A stretch of DNA of 64,000 nt from the human T2T-CHM13v2.0 reference genome, Homo sapiens: assembly GCF_009914755.1 (NCBI RefSeq), contig NC_060926.1; one strand, 5' to 3'. The translations under genes and the position numbers were made by a program. The notes under the pieces are model-generated. The model saw only the letters and a program-made list of their open reading frames with translations. It was not told the origin of the DNA and did not search any database. Positions 41,541 through 55,445 of this stretch are shown one piece after another; the stretch's first letter is position 1, and each line of letters begins with the position of its first letter.

Positions 41541-43774
41541 CTTATACAGCAGCACCAGTTCCTTCACTCTTACACTTCTCAGACTGGGGCAGGCAGCACT
41601 CTGAAGGGTTGCCAAATTTACTAGGGGTTTTAAGACATGAGTTAAATGTACACATCTCAGGGAAGCACAAATTTTACTTGATTACAAGTCATTTAAAATG
41701 TGATGTAATATTAAGCTAAACTTTGGTCTGTTGCAAAAAAGAAAGCAAAGTTCTCATAAATGTCAAGGCCAAGGTGATTTCTTTGTGTACCATTCTCCCT
41801 CAGCTTCCCCAAGGATCTAGGTCAACTCTGTGTTCTCACTCTTGCGCTGGGTACTTAGAGATACCAAAGAGAAAACACTGAAGATATTTACATTTATCCA
41901 CAGATCCATAATAAAAATGTGTATTCCAAGTTCAAGGATGATAACTATCACAAGATTATATAGAGATTCTTTTTACTGCTTTCTTTTAATTCTCTATGAG
42001 AATTAGACGATGTACGGAAACCATATAAATGCAGCTTTACAGAGACAATGAAGTACAAAATTCAAAGGCTTCTACTTCATAAAAAGAGATTAGGTAAAGT
42101 GCTGCTTAATGTTTCATAAAATTAGTCACAGATGGTAGGACCTCCTAAGGCCTCCTGGGTCACGTCTACTGAACCTGTACTGATGTTTTTAAAAAATATA
42201 CCTTTGACTATGGAGGGCTAATATGTCAATTACTTGCTCTGAATTCTGTTCCAATGGTTAAGTACTCCTGCTAATGCTAATAGATATATTTCCACATTGA
42301 TCCTCTGGCACTCTCTGAACACTTCTCCTTTATTATGCCACCTCAATGGATTTTTGCAAATTTCTCACTAAAAATTATTCCTCCAGCATAACCTACATAA
42401 AACACAGTTGGATTCTACTTTGTCTCTCCCTCTTCCACCAGATAGATTGACTCATTTTAGAAATTTACTGTGGAGCTCTATGTTTTCAAAAGCATTCAGA
42501 CTGAATGTGATTTATAGCTATCATTCAGACTTCATCATTTGCTGTAGTGATTTTATAAGAGTTCTACTACATCAGAAGAACTTTGCCTATTTTCACAGCA
42601 TCAATATGGTTATGATACTTAATCATTGGCCCTCAAGCCTCTTGAAGACACACTTTGGTTGTGTTACCAAACACAACCAAATTTATGTGTATTTGTATAC
42701 ACATAATTCATGTGTATTGTCTTCCTCCAGAAGGTGACTTTAAGCAGCTCCCTTTCTAACTATTCTTGATTTCTATGCATTTTACATTTGTCTCCAAAAT
42801 GGACTCATACTTTTGCATCTGTTTCAAAATCTTTTCAATTTGCCCTCTCTCTGTTTTTGGTCATGCTTACTTTGGATTTGACTTCCAGTTATCCTTGTTA
42901 TACATAAAATCCAAGGACATTTTCGCACTGATGCTTACTGAATTTATTATGCCTTCAAGAAGATCTTGATACTTGATACTGTCTCAAAATATATCTATAA
43001 ACAAGCAACCTTAAATCCAGTTAATTGTACATTTATCCAAACTACCTCACTGCTATCTGACTTACATGCACAGCAGCAATGAACGGGAACTATGTCTGTG
43101 TCATTCAAGATGTATCAGGAAAAAAATTTGAGGTGATCTATGACTTTTTAAAGCTGAGTGGCTTTGCTGAAATGCAGAGTACAATTGAGAAACATGGCTT
43201 TCTCAGTCATGGAAAGCACTGCCCTACTCAATTAAAAAGAAAAAAGGAAAGAAAGGAAAAATAAGAAAGAAATTATCATCTGTGAAAAGATAGATAATTT
43301 ATGATACAAGGAATGCTTTCAAAAATAATTATTGGTATAGAAAGAAGATGTCGAATACTTATAAAAAGATTTTTCTCCATCTACAATCCAAAAAGGTGTT
43401 CATTTACATAAGTAGATAGTGGATAAAATGTGTAAAATACCAGGAATACATCCAAGTGACTTTTTAACACAATTAACAAAGCTACATAAATCAGTCTCAG
43501 AGATTTTTCTTCAGAAATCTCCAATAGCAAACTGTGTAAAATATCTTAAATGGCCTCGAAACCAGTTTAAAAGATCAAGGATGTGTTAGCATATATGAAG
43601 AGAACTCAGTAATCATTTTAAGGAAACATAACCTGCAACCAGACCTATTTACTTTTTCATGTGTTCATGGCATCAAAAATGTATTTCTAAATTTTGTTTT
43701 TTTAAAGTCACTCTTTAAAGGACCTAGGAAATTGAGATGATGCCAGTGTGCATAGCTGGTTTATTGACATAAAT

Positions 43775-44600
43775 ATGTCATCATTTTGGTATTTAAAACT
43801 CAATTAAACTCTCTTAAAAACTAACAATCCAGGAGAAAAAAAAAAATTGTACAAAGGGTTTGAAGCAACCATTCAAAGAGAAAACCCAAAACAGACCCAA
43901 AGTGTTTCACCCATGATCAGGAAACTGCAAATTAAATCAATATTAAAATACCATTTTGTATCCATCAGTTTTGTTAAATAAAAACAGGAAATTTCACCAA
44001 TAATCAGGAAAATGCAAATTAAACTAACATTAAACTACCATTTTTACATCCATCAGTTTTGTTAAATAAAAAACAAGTGTTAGCAAGGTTATAGCAAAAC
44101 AACTTTCTTATAACCCTGGTAGGAGTGTAAATTGATATACTTTATTGGAAAGAACTTAACAAAATCTAGTGATATGAAAAAGATATATATCCCATTACCC
44201 AGCAGGAATTGCACTTCTAGATTTACGAGGTTCACAAAAAAACAAGTACAAAAATGTTCAATGCAGAAATATGTATACTAGTAAAAAAATAGAAAAAAAT
44301 ATATACTTGAAAGAAAATTCCACATGGTAGCCAGAACGAGCCACATATGAATTTTAAAGTTTGAAAAATATCATATATGTGATTAGTGAATCTATATACC
44401 TAATATAAAATCATGCACAAAAGTAATAAACACTAAATTTAGGATAATATGACCTTGGGGTGCAAAAGAAAATGTAATAGAGGAGAGACACATGAAGCGT
44501 TTTGTCTGTTTATTAAATGGATAATTTCTTAAACTGGGTGGTTGGGTACCTTGGAGTTTAACATATTATTCTGCATACTTTGGTGTGTATATCTATGAAG
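43775..44600 (+). mobile_element. L1ME-type 3' fragment containing an 87-bp tandem duplication
   Basis: atcaggaaaatgcaaattaaa, ctggtaggagtgtaaattgata, tttcttaaactgggtggttgggtac. Confidence 0.7.
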
Positions 44601-45194
44601 TAATCCATCACAATCAGTAAAATCCAAAGCTTAATTAAACTGGTGTTAGGATTAATTTAATAAAACTCAGTGAAAATATTATGTCTGTTTACATATTTCC
44701 ATTAAGGTGCCAAGACTTGATGTCCTTGGTTTTTTGGTTTTGTCTTTTCTTACAAATTAGTGTTTCAGTAGAACTCTTTAATTCAAATGTTAAAAAATAA
44801 AATAAAATAAAATGGGTAATTGAGAAGACCTAAGTCCCACATGCATTGAGTTTTCTTCAGCAATTCTCTTTATGATATTTACACAGACAAATAAACACAA
44901 ACACACCTTGACCTTCAACCCCTTATCTCTGTAGAATGATAAACTTTCTCTGGCTTGGGGCTGACTCAGTGTCTCAGATGTGGCTCTGTATCATCTTTTG
45001 CTTTCGGCACAATTCTTTTTCACTCTTTGCTTGTAAAGATCACACACAATGATTGTGTTTACTAAGAATCTGGTTATAAATGTTTAATAGCTTTCTATTC
45101 TAACTGAAGTCAATCCATGCCCCTCTGGCTTGTTACTCAATTGTATTTCTATCTTTGTGCAGATATATAGGCACAAAGAAAAGAGAGGTCTAGC

Positions 45195-45507
45195 AGAAGA
45201 GAGTTGCAAATTCAGATATCACAGAAGCCAGGTAAATAAATAAATGATGCAGGCAAGAGGTAAGGAAAAAATGAATAGTTTATGTCTCTTCTTTTGGCAC
45301 AGACACTAGTCAAGTCCAGGCCGTCTTTGGAAAGTAAAAATGTGGATTCTGTATTGCCAAATCCTCCAGTTGCTCAAAGATGCAAGGAATTCAGATCTGT
45401 ATGTGAAGTTGGCAACAAACTTTACATATAATTTTAGTCCCGTTTGGGTCAAACCAAACGGATCTGCAGCCATAATTAGCCCCTGGGCTGCCAGTTGGAG
45501 ACTTCTG
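45195..45507. mobile_element. MER102-like hAT-Charlie element
   Basis: ttgccaaatcctcc...gatctgtatgtgaagttggcaac...gggctgccagttggagacttctg. Confidence 0.55.
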
Positions 45508-46244
45508 CTCTACATACTATGGAATCTGCTGATGAAGAGAAAACTCTTTGCCATAAAAAGAGGTGTGGGAATAATTCCAACCACCAAAATACCCTATTTT
45601 CCTAAACAAAGTGTGGGGCTACTCACCAGTTCCTTAGAGGGTACACATGGGCAAGAGTACCTACAGATGCCATTTGGAAGACAGCTCTAGGAAGCCATCA
45701 GATCCTCTGCCCCAGAGCTGTGTTGTCTGCATGATCCTTGTCACCCACTGGAAGTGTGCAATAAGAGTCAGGATGAGCCTTGACAAGAGGGACAGAGAAG
45801 TCCTTCTAGGTAAGTGCTGCCCTAGGTGACCCTGACACTTCTGTCATTAAATAAGCCTCTATTTTTGTTGCTGTTGTTTTTATTCGTTTTTTGTCTTCTG
45901 TTTTTTTCTTGAGTATTTAGGAATGTTCTTCACGGTCCCTAAAAAAACTTCTTTAGAAACAACCTAAATGTCCCAAAGTAGTAAAGTAGTTAAATTATAT
46001 TATATATGTCAAATAGAATTTTATATAGGTCTTAAAATAAATTACTATGAAATCTATATTCAAGGCAGAAGGTGTTAAAAGTGTGTTAAAATAATTAAAT
46101 AAGAGGTCATTAGACTGAGGTGACCGTAATCGCTGGGTTCTTATGTAAACAAACTGAAACATAACTCAGAATTTAAAATAAAAATAAACTCAAACTCAGC
46201 TGATTATAGGCAGCCGAGTAGATATTAGATGTATTGTCTCGAAT

Positions 46245-46410
46245 TTCCCAGAACAGTACTACTTGGGAGGACCATTACCCTTATTTTATAAATGAAGAAA
46301 CAAGATTAGAGAAGTCAACTAACTTGCCCAAGGACAAACAGCTAACATATGGCAGAAACAAGACTCAATCCCAGGTCTATCTGATTTTAAAGCTCATACA
46401 TTTTTTATTG
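46245..46410 (-). mobile_element. MIR fragment
   Basis: attttataaatgaagaaacaagattagagaagtcaactaacttgcccaagg. Confidence 0.7.
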
Positions 46411-48541
46411 TATCAGTCTTCTTTAACTGAAATCTGTTGAAAATCTGCTCTAGATCAGGAAATCCAATTCTCTCTATTCAGAACTTACATGTAAGACTGA
46501 TTGCTGAACCCTGCTTTGCAGGTCTGTCAATATTTTGGACAGTATAACATGCGGAGTTGTTTCTCCCTAAGTGCGATGATTTGGTGAATAGCCAACAAAA
46601 ATTGGATGCCTATCTCGCCCACTGCTTTAAGCACTAGCTCCCAGAATAAATGTTCTTGAAATGTCCCTGCCTTTTTTGTTTTGCATTTTTGAAGATGTGT
46701 TAGCAGGACACAACACTTCAACCATTTGTGTTTGGTTACAAACCAAAGAAAATGCCAGTCAATTCAGTTTCAGAAGAATACTTTAAAAGCCAAGCAAACA
46801 AAGGAAGCTAGTCTGCTTAGCTCTGCCTGGTGTCTTTCCTTTCTTTTTTCTTAGTTTTTTTTTTAAAATCTTTTTACAGGAAGTGAGTATGTTAATACCC
46901 CTGGCAGAATAGACAAAAAATCCCTACAACTAAAATCTAGCTTCAAAATCATTACGAAACACAGATGTGGTTGTATTTCCCAGAGCCTGGTTCTAGTTGT
47001 AACGTTCCACTCCCCTCCAGAGAGGTCTCAGAAAAATGCATATTTGGCCAAAAGAAAAAAATGTTCCTCAGTTATCTCAAGTGGCTATAAACAACAACAG
47101 CTTTTTTTACAATCTAAAAACTACTGTAGTAGTATTGAAATTATTTTTATATAGTCATAGATATACTACACAAGAATCTAGTAATTTGAACTCATCTCTT
47201 GATTCCAAAGACAACAGTACTGGCATATCTAAACTACACAAGGCACACACTTGCTTTAATATAATAAAGGGTGATTCTATAAGGGTCTATAAAAGTGACT
47301 TCTGGATCAGTTATGGAATGAAATGGGCTTGAAATAAGGATCCTAGAACCTCAGTGAGAGGATGAGTTCCCCAAGTCTTGCCCAAGTACTTTGTTGGCAA
47401 TTAGAGTGATAAAAATTACAAGAATGTATTTGACAATTATTTTTCATCCAATACTTCAAAAATCAAACTTCATGTTCTCATGATTGACAGATCACAAGGG
47501 CTGGTCATTCCCAGCCCCTTGCTAGATAAATGCACAATAGTAGGTTTTTAACCCTGAGAGATTTTATATAAATAGAGCTGGTCACCAGCTAAGAAGAATG
47601 AAAAGTTACTTGTCCAGAATATCTGGAACCTGACGTCATTCAGCATATGATTAGAGCAGAACCTGTACAGCCCCAGTATCTTGTGGATGCATTGTATCAT
47701 TGGTATTTCTTTCTCATTATGTCAATTAAAAGATTTTCCAGTGTTAATCAGTGTAAAGCAGTAATTACTCTCCAAATTATACGAAGGCTTGAGGGCTCTG
47801 TGATGAATTTTTATGATCCTCAGAATCCTGTCTGAAGTCTTGGGATTAGGCTTTTGCAACATCACCAAAGGATACATACATTCAGATTATCACACCATGA
47901 ATAATAGCAACCCATGATTCAAGTAATATTACTGGAAATCTCTTTAAAAATTCTTCAAGAATAATTCCACTGTTTAGATGGCTCTGGAGTTCAGACTCCT
48001 AGACCAATACTCTCCTATTTTAATAAGTCACTGGATATTTGGTATTCCTAAGTACCAGGAAATTACAAGCACTTAAATCTTGGCTTCCCAGTTTGGGGGA
48101 ATTTACACATCTCTAAACATGCTTTAAAGTCAAAACCATGGCTCTTTTTCCCTGGTGACTTCAACCTGTGCAGATTTTGTTACCATCTTAATCCAACAGC
48201 AATTACTGTTAGTTCCATTTCTTCAGCTGGTTAGTCATAGATTGTTTTGTACTATTGCTTCACACTTCACATGTATGACTTGAGTTTTCCTGAGTTTGCA
48301 GCTCCTTGAGGGTCAACTCTTTTGACTTATATTCTTTTGTACCACTTTCTCACTAAACGCAGTTCTAATTTTACAGCATGTACTTAATAAATATTTATTA
48401 ATGTTAATCTTCTGTGGTGGCCAAAAAAGAAATGCTAAATCCCCATCCCAGACTCCCTTTTCCTCACCTGAAAAAATCAGGGAAATGTGTAACAGGATTT
48501 TGAAAGGAACATTTTCTATTGCCTCTAAACTGGCCTCAGAG

Positions 48542-48736
48542 TAGGGATTAGTCAACTTTTTCTATTAAATACTATTAAATATTCTAAGCTTTGCCATTGC
48601 CATTGTCACTTTGCTTTTTCACAAACCTTCAAAAATATAAAACCCATGTTTAGCTCACAGGCTATACAAAAACAGGCCCCAGATTATATATGATTCTTTG
48701 GCCTTATTCCAGGGCCTGATAGTTTACTGACCCCTG
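48542..48736. mobile_element. MER58-type hAT MITE
   Basis: tagctcacaggctatacaaaaacaggc...tagtttactgacccctg. Confidence 0.7.
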
Positions 48737-48856
48737 CTCTACAGCACACAGACAAAACAACATGTGCTCAGTACCACTCAGTCAAAAGAACTACCAACAT
48801 TGGGGCACCAACTCACTTCTTCGGGGCTTAATTGGAAGAAGCAAAACCCATGCAGT

Positions 48857-49055
48857 TATCTAGCTAGCTAGCTATTATCATTTATTATCTATCTCATCAT
48901 CCATCCATCTGGCATCTACCCTCTATCAATCAATCCTATAGCTATGAATTTATGCATCTATCATGAATCATGTATAATTGAGCAAGCCCTTCAATTGTCT
49001 GTCTATCCACCTACCTCTCATTTATAATCTGTCTATCCACACCAATCTATCTATT
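48857..49055. repeat. Degenerate (TCTA/TCCA)n simple repeat
   Basis: Many tcta/tcca/atca units. Confidence 0.7.
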
Positions 49056-49670
49056 TAAAGACTTGGGCATGGAGAGGGAAAAGGGAGTCATCGGTATCTT
49101 TGGAATTGACCTCATAGGGATGCTACATGAGTGTCTCAGAAATTATTTTGTACCTTTTCTAAAGTTTAAAGGGTGGCTCGGCAAGGGACTCCAGAATAAT
49201 CTCTCACAGAGAGTAGACAATGCCTTTGTATGATAAAAATGGGGCACTGTATCATATTGCCCATTTGGATATCTGTATAGGTAGTGGACCTGTTGATCTA
49301 TGCTGAGCCTATAAAAACAGAAGAGGAGAATAAGGGGAAAAATAATAAAATTTCCATAGGCCAAGGGGACCTCATGGAATTTAGCGGAGTTTGAGCCATC
49401 ATGTTGGCACCCCACCTGCTGTAGTATACTTCTGGTGGCAGGAGCTGAAGTAGACAAAGCAGTAGTGTTAAGGTCAGCTTTCCCATGGGGAACTAAGCAG
49501 TGAGAGGCCTTGCAATGCCCCCCAGAGGACTCGCCTATGTGCCCATGAGAGCAATCATTGAGGCGACTGCTCCACTGTGGGCATGACACCTGGTCAGGGC
49601 CACTCAGAGAACTGAGGACCACTCAGAATAAGGACTACAACAGGAGTTAGGTAGGTCTGAGAATGCTCAC

Positions 49671-50083
49671 TGTCACAGGTTGAATCATGTCCCCTCAAAA
49701 TTCATACGTTGAAACGCTAACCCACAGTGTGACAGTATTTGGAGAAAGGGCTTTTATGAAGTAACTAAGGTTAAATGAAGTCGTAAGGGTAGAACCCTAA
49801 TCCAGTAGGATTGGTGGACTTAAGAGAAAGAGGCACCAGATCTCTCTCTCCCCCTCTCCACCCCCTCTCTCACTCTCTTTCCACATGAGCACAGAGGAAA
49901 GGCCAGGTGACGACACCAAGAGAAATGGCCATCTGCAAGCCCGGAAGCGAGTCCTCACCAGATCCTGGCCATGCTGGCACTTTGTTTTTCATGCTTGAAA
50001 CCTCTAGGATTGTGAGAAAATTAATTTCTCTTGTTTAAGCTACCCAGTCTAGGGTATTCGCTATGGCAGCCCAAGCTAAGGCA
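49671..50083 (+). mobile_element. MaLR solo LTR, MLT1A-type
   Basis: tgtcacaggttgaatcatgtcccctcaaaattcat...gccatctgcaagcc...ctatggcagcccaagctaaggca. Confidence 0.85.
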
Positions 50084-50424
50084 GCCCTCACTATTTTACC
50101 TTACTCTCCTTCTCAACAGCATGAATACACAGAAAGAGCTACACTCTAAGAAAAGGGTGAAAGATACTTTTCAGAAACATCCACTGGCATATATAAGTAC
50201 TCCCCAAACAGTCATCCCCTAGCTGAAACCTGTCCTGGAAGCAAGGGAAGAGATGCAATTGAAATCAAGTCTGAGATTCATTTGTAAACTAGACCGAGTG
50301 TTGATCATGCTGTAAGATGTTGTTAAGGGAAAAGAAAAAGAATTTGGCTCAGCAGGGTTGAAAGCAGAGACTGGAAAATAAAGATGTTTTATATCTATAC
50401 CCTACTGAGTAGAGCCGTACATAT

Positions 50425-50635
50425 TTTCTTTATTCTTTTTCTTCCTTCCTTTCTTTCTTCCTTCCCACCTTCACTTACTCATTTGTTCCTTCCCTTCCTC
50501 CCCTTCATTCCCTTCTTTCCCTTCCTTCCCTTCTTTCCTTTCCTTTCCTTCCCTTCCTTTTCCTTCCTTCCTTCCTTCTTTCCTCCCCTTTCCTCTCTTC
50601 CTTCCTTCTCTTTCCTCTCTTCCTTTCTTATCTTC
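50425..50635. repeat. Polypyrimidine (CCTT/CTT-rich) low-complexity tract
   Basis: About 210 bp almost entirely C/T. Confidence 0.95.
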
Positions 50636-50720
50636 TGATAGATGTGTCCATAAACATTCAACTTCAAGTATTTTCATAAAATCCATTTCTCTTTGCTGGA
50701 CCTAAAGTCTGCAATGTCTC

Positions 50721-51279
50721 CTGGTTCCCAATTGGAGGACTGCTCATGGGCTCTTGGAATCCCCTTTTCCGGGGCTGAGAGCCAGAAGTGCCGAGTATTT
50801 ACATCCCCCAAGGATGGCCCTTAACCAATGACTCCTAAGTATGGGAGCATGAAAACCTCAACCCCTTGACCTGGGTGGAAAGCACCTAAAGGCTGATCCA
50901 TAGTGGCTGGTGATTGGCCCCCCAGACACAGACCTGAGAGGATTATTCCAGTTTAAGTAACCTATTAACCAAGTGCTCCCAGGAAAAAAACAGTAAGGAG
51001 TAGGACAGAGAGTAGAGGAAAGCAGGATGGGGAAGGGGAGAAAACCAAGCAAAAGGGTGATCTCAGGGAAAGTCATCCAGAGGCTGACTTCAGCCTTGAT
51101 GGATCAGCTTGTGAGTACTTTCCACCCAACGCAAGGGCTTTGAGGTTTCATGTGCCCATACCTAGAAGACATTGGTTAAGGGCCACCCTTGGGGGATGTA
51201 AATACTCAGCACTTCTAGCTCTCAGCCCTGGAAAAGAAGACTCCGGGGGCCCATGAACAGTCCTCCAATGGGGAAACAG
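50721..51279. repeat. Long inverted repeat, arms 50721-50909 and 51091-51279
   Basis: Core 50765-50830 matches the reverse complement of 51170-51235 at 62/66 positions. Confidence 0.9.
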
Positions 51280-51337
51280 AAAATGTAAAAATGAGATCCC
51301 AAAGGATCTGGGCAGAGAATCAAAATTATTTGCTGCA
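50915..51337 (-). mobile_element. Ancient ERVL-class LTR (LTR33/LTR16-like)
   Basis: cagacacagacctgaga, cattggttaagggccacccttgggggatgtaaa, cccaaaggatctgggcagag...tgctgca. Confidence 0.55.
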
Positions 51338-51414
51338 CATATTCAGAGAATGTTAGAATGGAAGAGTCCTTGGAGGATGCAGTGTCATGGCATGTCTTGA
51401 TTATCGTAAGTCGT

Positions 51415-51415
<1 letters not shown>

Positions 51416-51446
<31 letters not shown>
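51416..51446. repeat. (CA)n microsatellite
   Basis: About 15 uninterrupted units. Confidence 0.97.
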
Positions 51447-51452
<6 letters not shown>

Positions 51453-51859
51453 CAAATTTTATAAAAGATTTTTCAAAATAACTTACTTAGAATGCAAGTT
51501 TATCCCTGTAATAATATTACTCTTGCTGGCAATCCCACGTGCATTCTTTATTGGGGCAGAAAGAGCTGGAGGTACAACTGGGACTCTGGGAATGGCACAT
51601 TCCTCAGTGCTGCCTCATTTATGCTCCAGTTCACTCTACAATTCCATTACTATGGTTCTGATAATATTTCTAGCAATTAGAAATAATTTAGAGCTTATGA
51701 CTTGTGGTTTTATAATTACTTTAGATTTTTAAAAAATCTGTGAATAAATTTGGGTTTATTTCTAAATAGGCCTATAGGAAAGTATAGCTCTTGCTCGAAA
51801 CATATGCCAAAAGTCATTACTCTAGTAGAATCCAGCAGGCAGCCTAGTATAGAGGCAAG

Positions 51860-52300
51860 GCAATTTATGCTAATGATTAAAAGTGTGCAGTTAAGTTGCC
51901 TGGAGTGAAATACTGCTTTTGCTACTAACAAAATGTTTTTCATTGGACAATTTGATTAACCTTTTAAACCTAAATACCCTTATCTATTAATAGGAATAAA
52001 ATTGGAAGCTGCTTTATCAGGCTGTTGGAGATTAAAGGAAATAATATGTGTCAAGTGCTTAGGTACGATGCTAGTACACAGTAAGTGCATTATAAATGTT
52101 CATTTTTGTTAAGAACATAGTTTCAGGAGTTGGAAATGTCTCTGCCTAATTCCGTCTCTCTGTCCTTGGGCAGATAGCTGAGCCTAAGTTTCTTTTTAGT
52201 GAAGTGGAGATAATATTAGCATGACTGGATTTCTATGGGGATTAAATGCAATATATGAAATATCTAGCAAACTTGAAGTGCATAAGAGATGTTAGTTTCC
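51860..52300 (+). mobile_element. Two tandem MIR fragments
   Basis: ggctgttggagattaaaggaaataatatgtgtcaagtgcttag...cacagtaagtgc and ccttgggcagatagctgagcctaagtttct. Confidence 0.6.
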
Positions 52301-53125
52301 TGTCACTTTATTGGATACACAAATACTCTCCACAGAATGAAGGAGAAGTTGTACAATCTCAGGATGAATGCCTTCAGATTCCCCTGTTTCACTGAGTCTT
52401 TTGCATATATACAAATGGAAACCTAGCTTCATCTTATGATTTTGGGAAGGTGACTGCAGGGACTGTTTAAGCTCCTCTAAGTTCTAGTGTTGGAATATGC
52501 TCCCTTAAATTAAACTGAAATTTGCATCCATCTAACCTCAACCTTGTTTGCTCCTGGAACAATATAAACTTGAGCTGTTCTTGAGTTAATTCAGTTAGCC
52601 AATAGAGCTGAAAAAATTTCATTTTATAAATTAAAGATATACTCCCAAAAACTAAATGTTCCAAGGTTCAGTGGCACATTAGGTGGAGTATTTTCTATGC
52701 CTTGATTATAGCAAGGCTTCAATGCAAAACATGCCAAAGTGTTTACAGAACAGTCCAAACTGTTCTGTTCCCTTCAAAACCAATCTCGAGTCTGCTCTAT
52801 AGCTTCTGGCATAGGCTGATCCCCAGACCTCATTTCTGGTGCTCAAAACAGAGTCTGGACTTCATTAGTGGAATAGAGACAAGGTTGGGATTGGATATTT
52901 GGATACTTAAAAAAAATTGTTTAACTTGGGGTGAAGGTTGTTGCTTGCAGTAAACAGCATGAAGAAAGTCTTTTTTACCCCCTCCTCAATTACATTCAGG
53001 GCTTAGAACCAAATATTACATTTGGGAACAAGTTCAGGTCTCTATTAGCATTGAGTGGATGCTTTCTGTGTTTATGGCTTTGAGCAATGGTGTGACAGGC
53101 AGGAGGGTGAAGATGTGTTCCCTGG

Positions 53126-53964
<839 letters not shown>

Positions 53965-53965
<1 letters not shown>

Positions 53966-54175
53966 GAAAAGGGAAAGAAGAAAGAAAGAGAGAGAGGGGG
54001 CAGGAGGGAGGGAGGAAAGAAGGCAGGCAGGAAAGAAGAAGGGAAGGGAAGGGAAGAGAAGGGGGACGGAGGGAAGGAAGGAAGGAGGGAAAGAGGGAGG
54101 GAGGGAGGGAAGGAAGGAAGGAAAGAAGGAAGGAAGGAAGGTAGGTAGGTAGGTAGGTAGGTAGGTAGGTAGGTA
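53965..54175. repeat. Polypurine (GGAA/GGGA)n tract followed by (AGGT)n
   Basis: Directly visible; about nine aggt units at 54140-54175. Confidence 0.95.
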
Positions 54176-55099
54176 AAGCAAGCTAGTTCTATTAAAGCCT
54201 CAATGAGAGACATCAGAGGAGGTCCCATCAGGGACCCATGCTCTGAACCCACATGGCTTTCTTCTTTTAGACACATGGAGTGGTCTGACTTCCTTCCATC
54301 CATCCCCTCAACTCCTGTTTCAGACACCCACCAACACCTAAAGCTATATCATACATCAAAGATAGTCACATTTATTAATTCATTTTTTCCTTTCCCCAGC
54401 ATTGAACAATAGCTTTGTTTTCTATCTCTATGGTAAGAACCAGGAGAAGGTAAATGGGGTGACATCTTAAAATTCTAAGGTTTCCTTGTCCAAACAAACA
54501 AGCAAATAAAACACATGTACACACACACATACACACACACCACACACACACAACCCTCCTTTGTGTAGCTCCAAATTTATGTTTGCTTCATCAGGCATGT
54601 AGCGGCCTCCAAATTACTATTTGCTGTCATCATTAAAGAGCAATCTTAGTCTGAGCAGCAACAAAATAAATCTTTCTGTCTCCAAGATATTCGTTGTGAT
54701 AGTGCTACCACAGCCATTTGTATTTGTTTTTGTTTGTTCCTCATAATCCCCTCTCAACTGCTGTTTTAAGGCAAGTAGGGGTATTATAGACCATTAAGTA
54801 CTGGAAAAAGTCCTGGAGACATTCTCATTCATGAAGGAGGAATCTAAAACTCAGGAAGTACAAAGATTTAGCCTGAACACAGTTACACAATTATTAGCAA
54901 CAGAACTGCTTTGAGACTCCAAGGTCTTAGAATGTCCAGTCCTCCCTCCAGATGGCCCCCATTGTTTTAGTTGACTCTGGCACAAATTGTTCCTTTCCTT
55001 GCTGATACAGCCTTCTACGGTACTCCTTGATCACTCTTGAAGAACAACTCCAGGGAGCACAGAGTAACTAGGTTCATATTATGTTCCTGGACATCTATT

Positions 55100-55445
55100 T
55101 GTAAACCAAAAAGTGACTGAGACAGACCTCTATCGATTAGAGGTTTATTTTGCCAAGGTTGAGAATATGCCTGGGAAAAAGAATCACAAGTCACAGTAGG
55201 ATTTCTGGCCTGTGCTTTTTCCAAAGAGGGTTTGAGGAACTTCGATGTTTAAAAAGAAAAGAGCAAGCAGGAGGTGAAGGAAGCAAAAAAAAAGGAGACA
55301 GGGCAGGCAATGAGGCAAGTAGTTACACTTGGGAACAAAAGGAAGGCAGGTTTTTTGTTTGTTTTTTTGCATGACTCAGTTCCCAAGCTTAACTTTCTCT
55401 TTGGCATAGTGAGTTTGGGGTCCAAAGATTTTATTTTTCTTTCAC
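55100..55445 (-). mobile_element. MER4-family ERV1 solo LTR, internally deleted
   Basis: tgtaaaccaaaaagtgactgagacag...gaggtttattttgccaaggttgag at one end; cagttcccaagcttaactttctctttggcatagtgagtttggggtccaaagattttatttttctttcac at the other. Confidence 0.75.

Noticed and set aside
46084-46230. Possible ERV1 LTR fragment (tgttaaaataattaaataagaggtcattagactgagg)
   Set aside because: Resembles an LTR start but family and extent cannot be supported without a database search.
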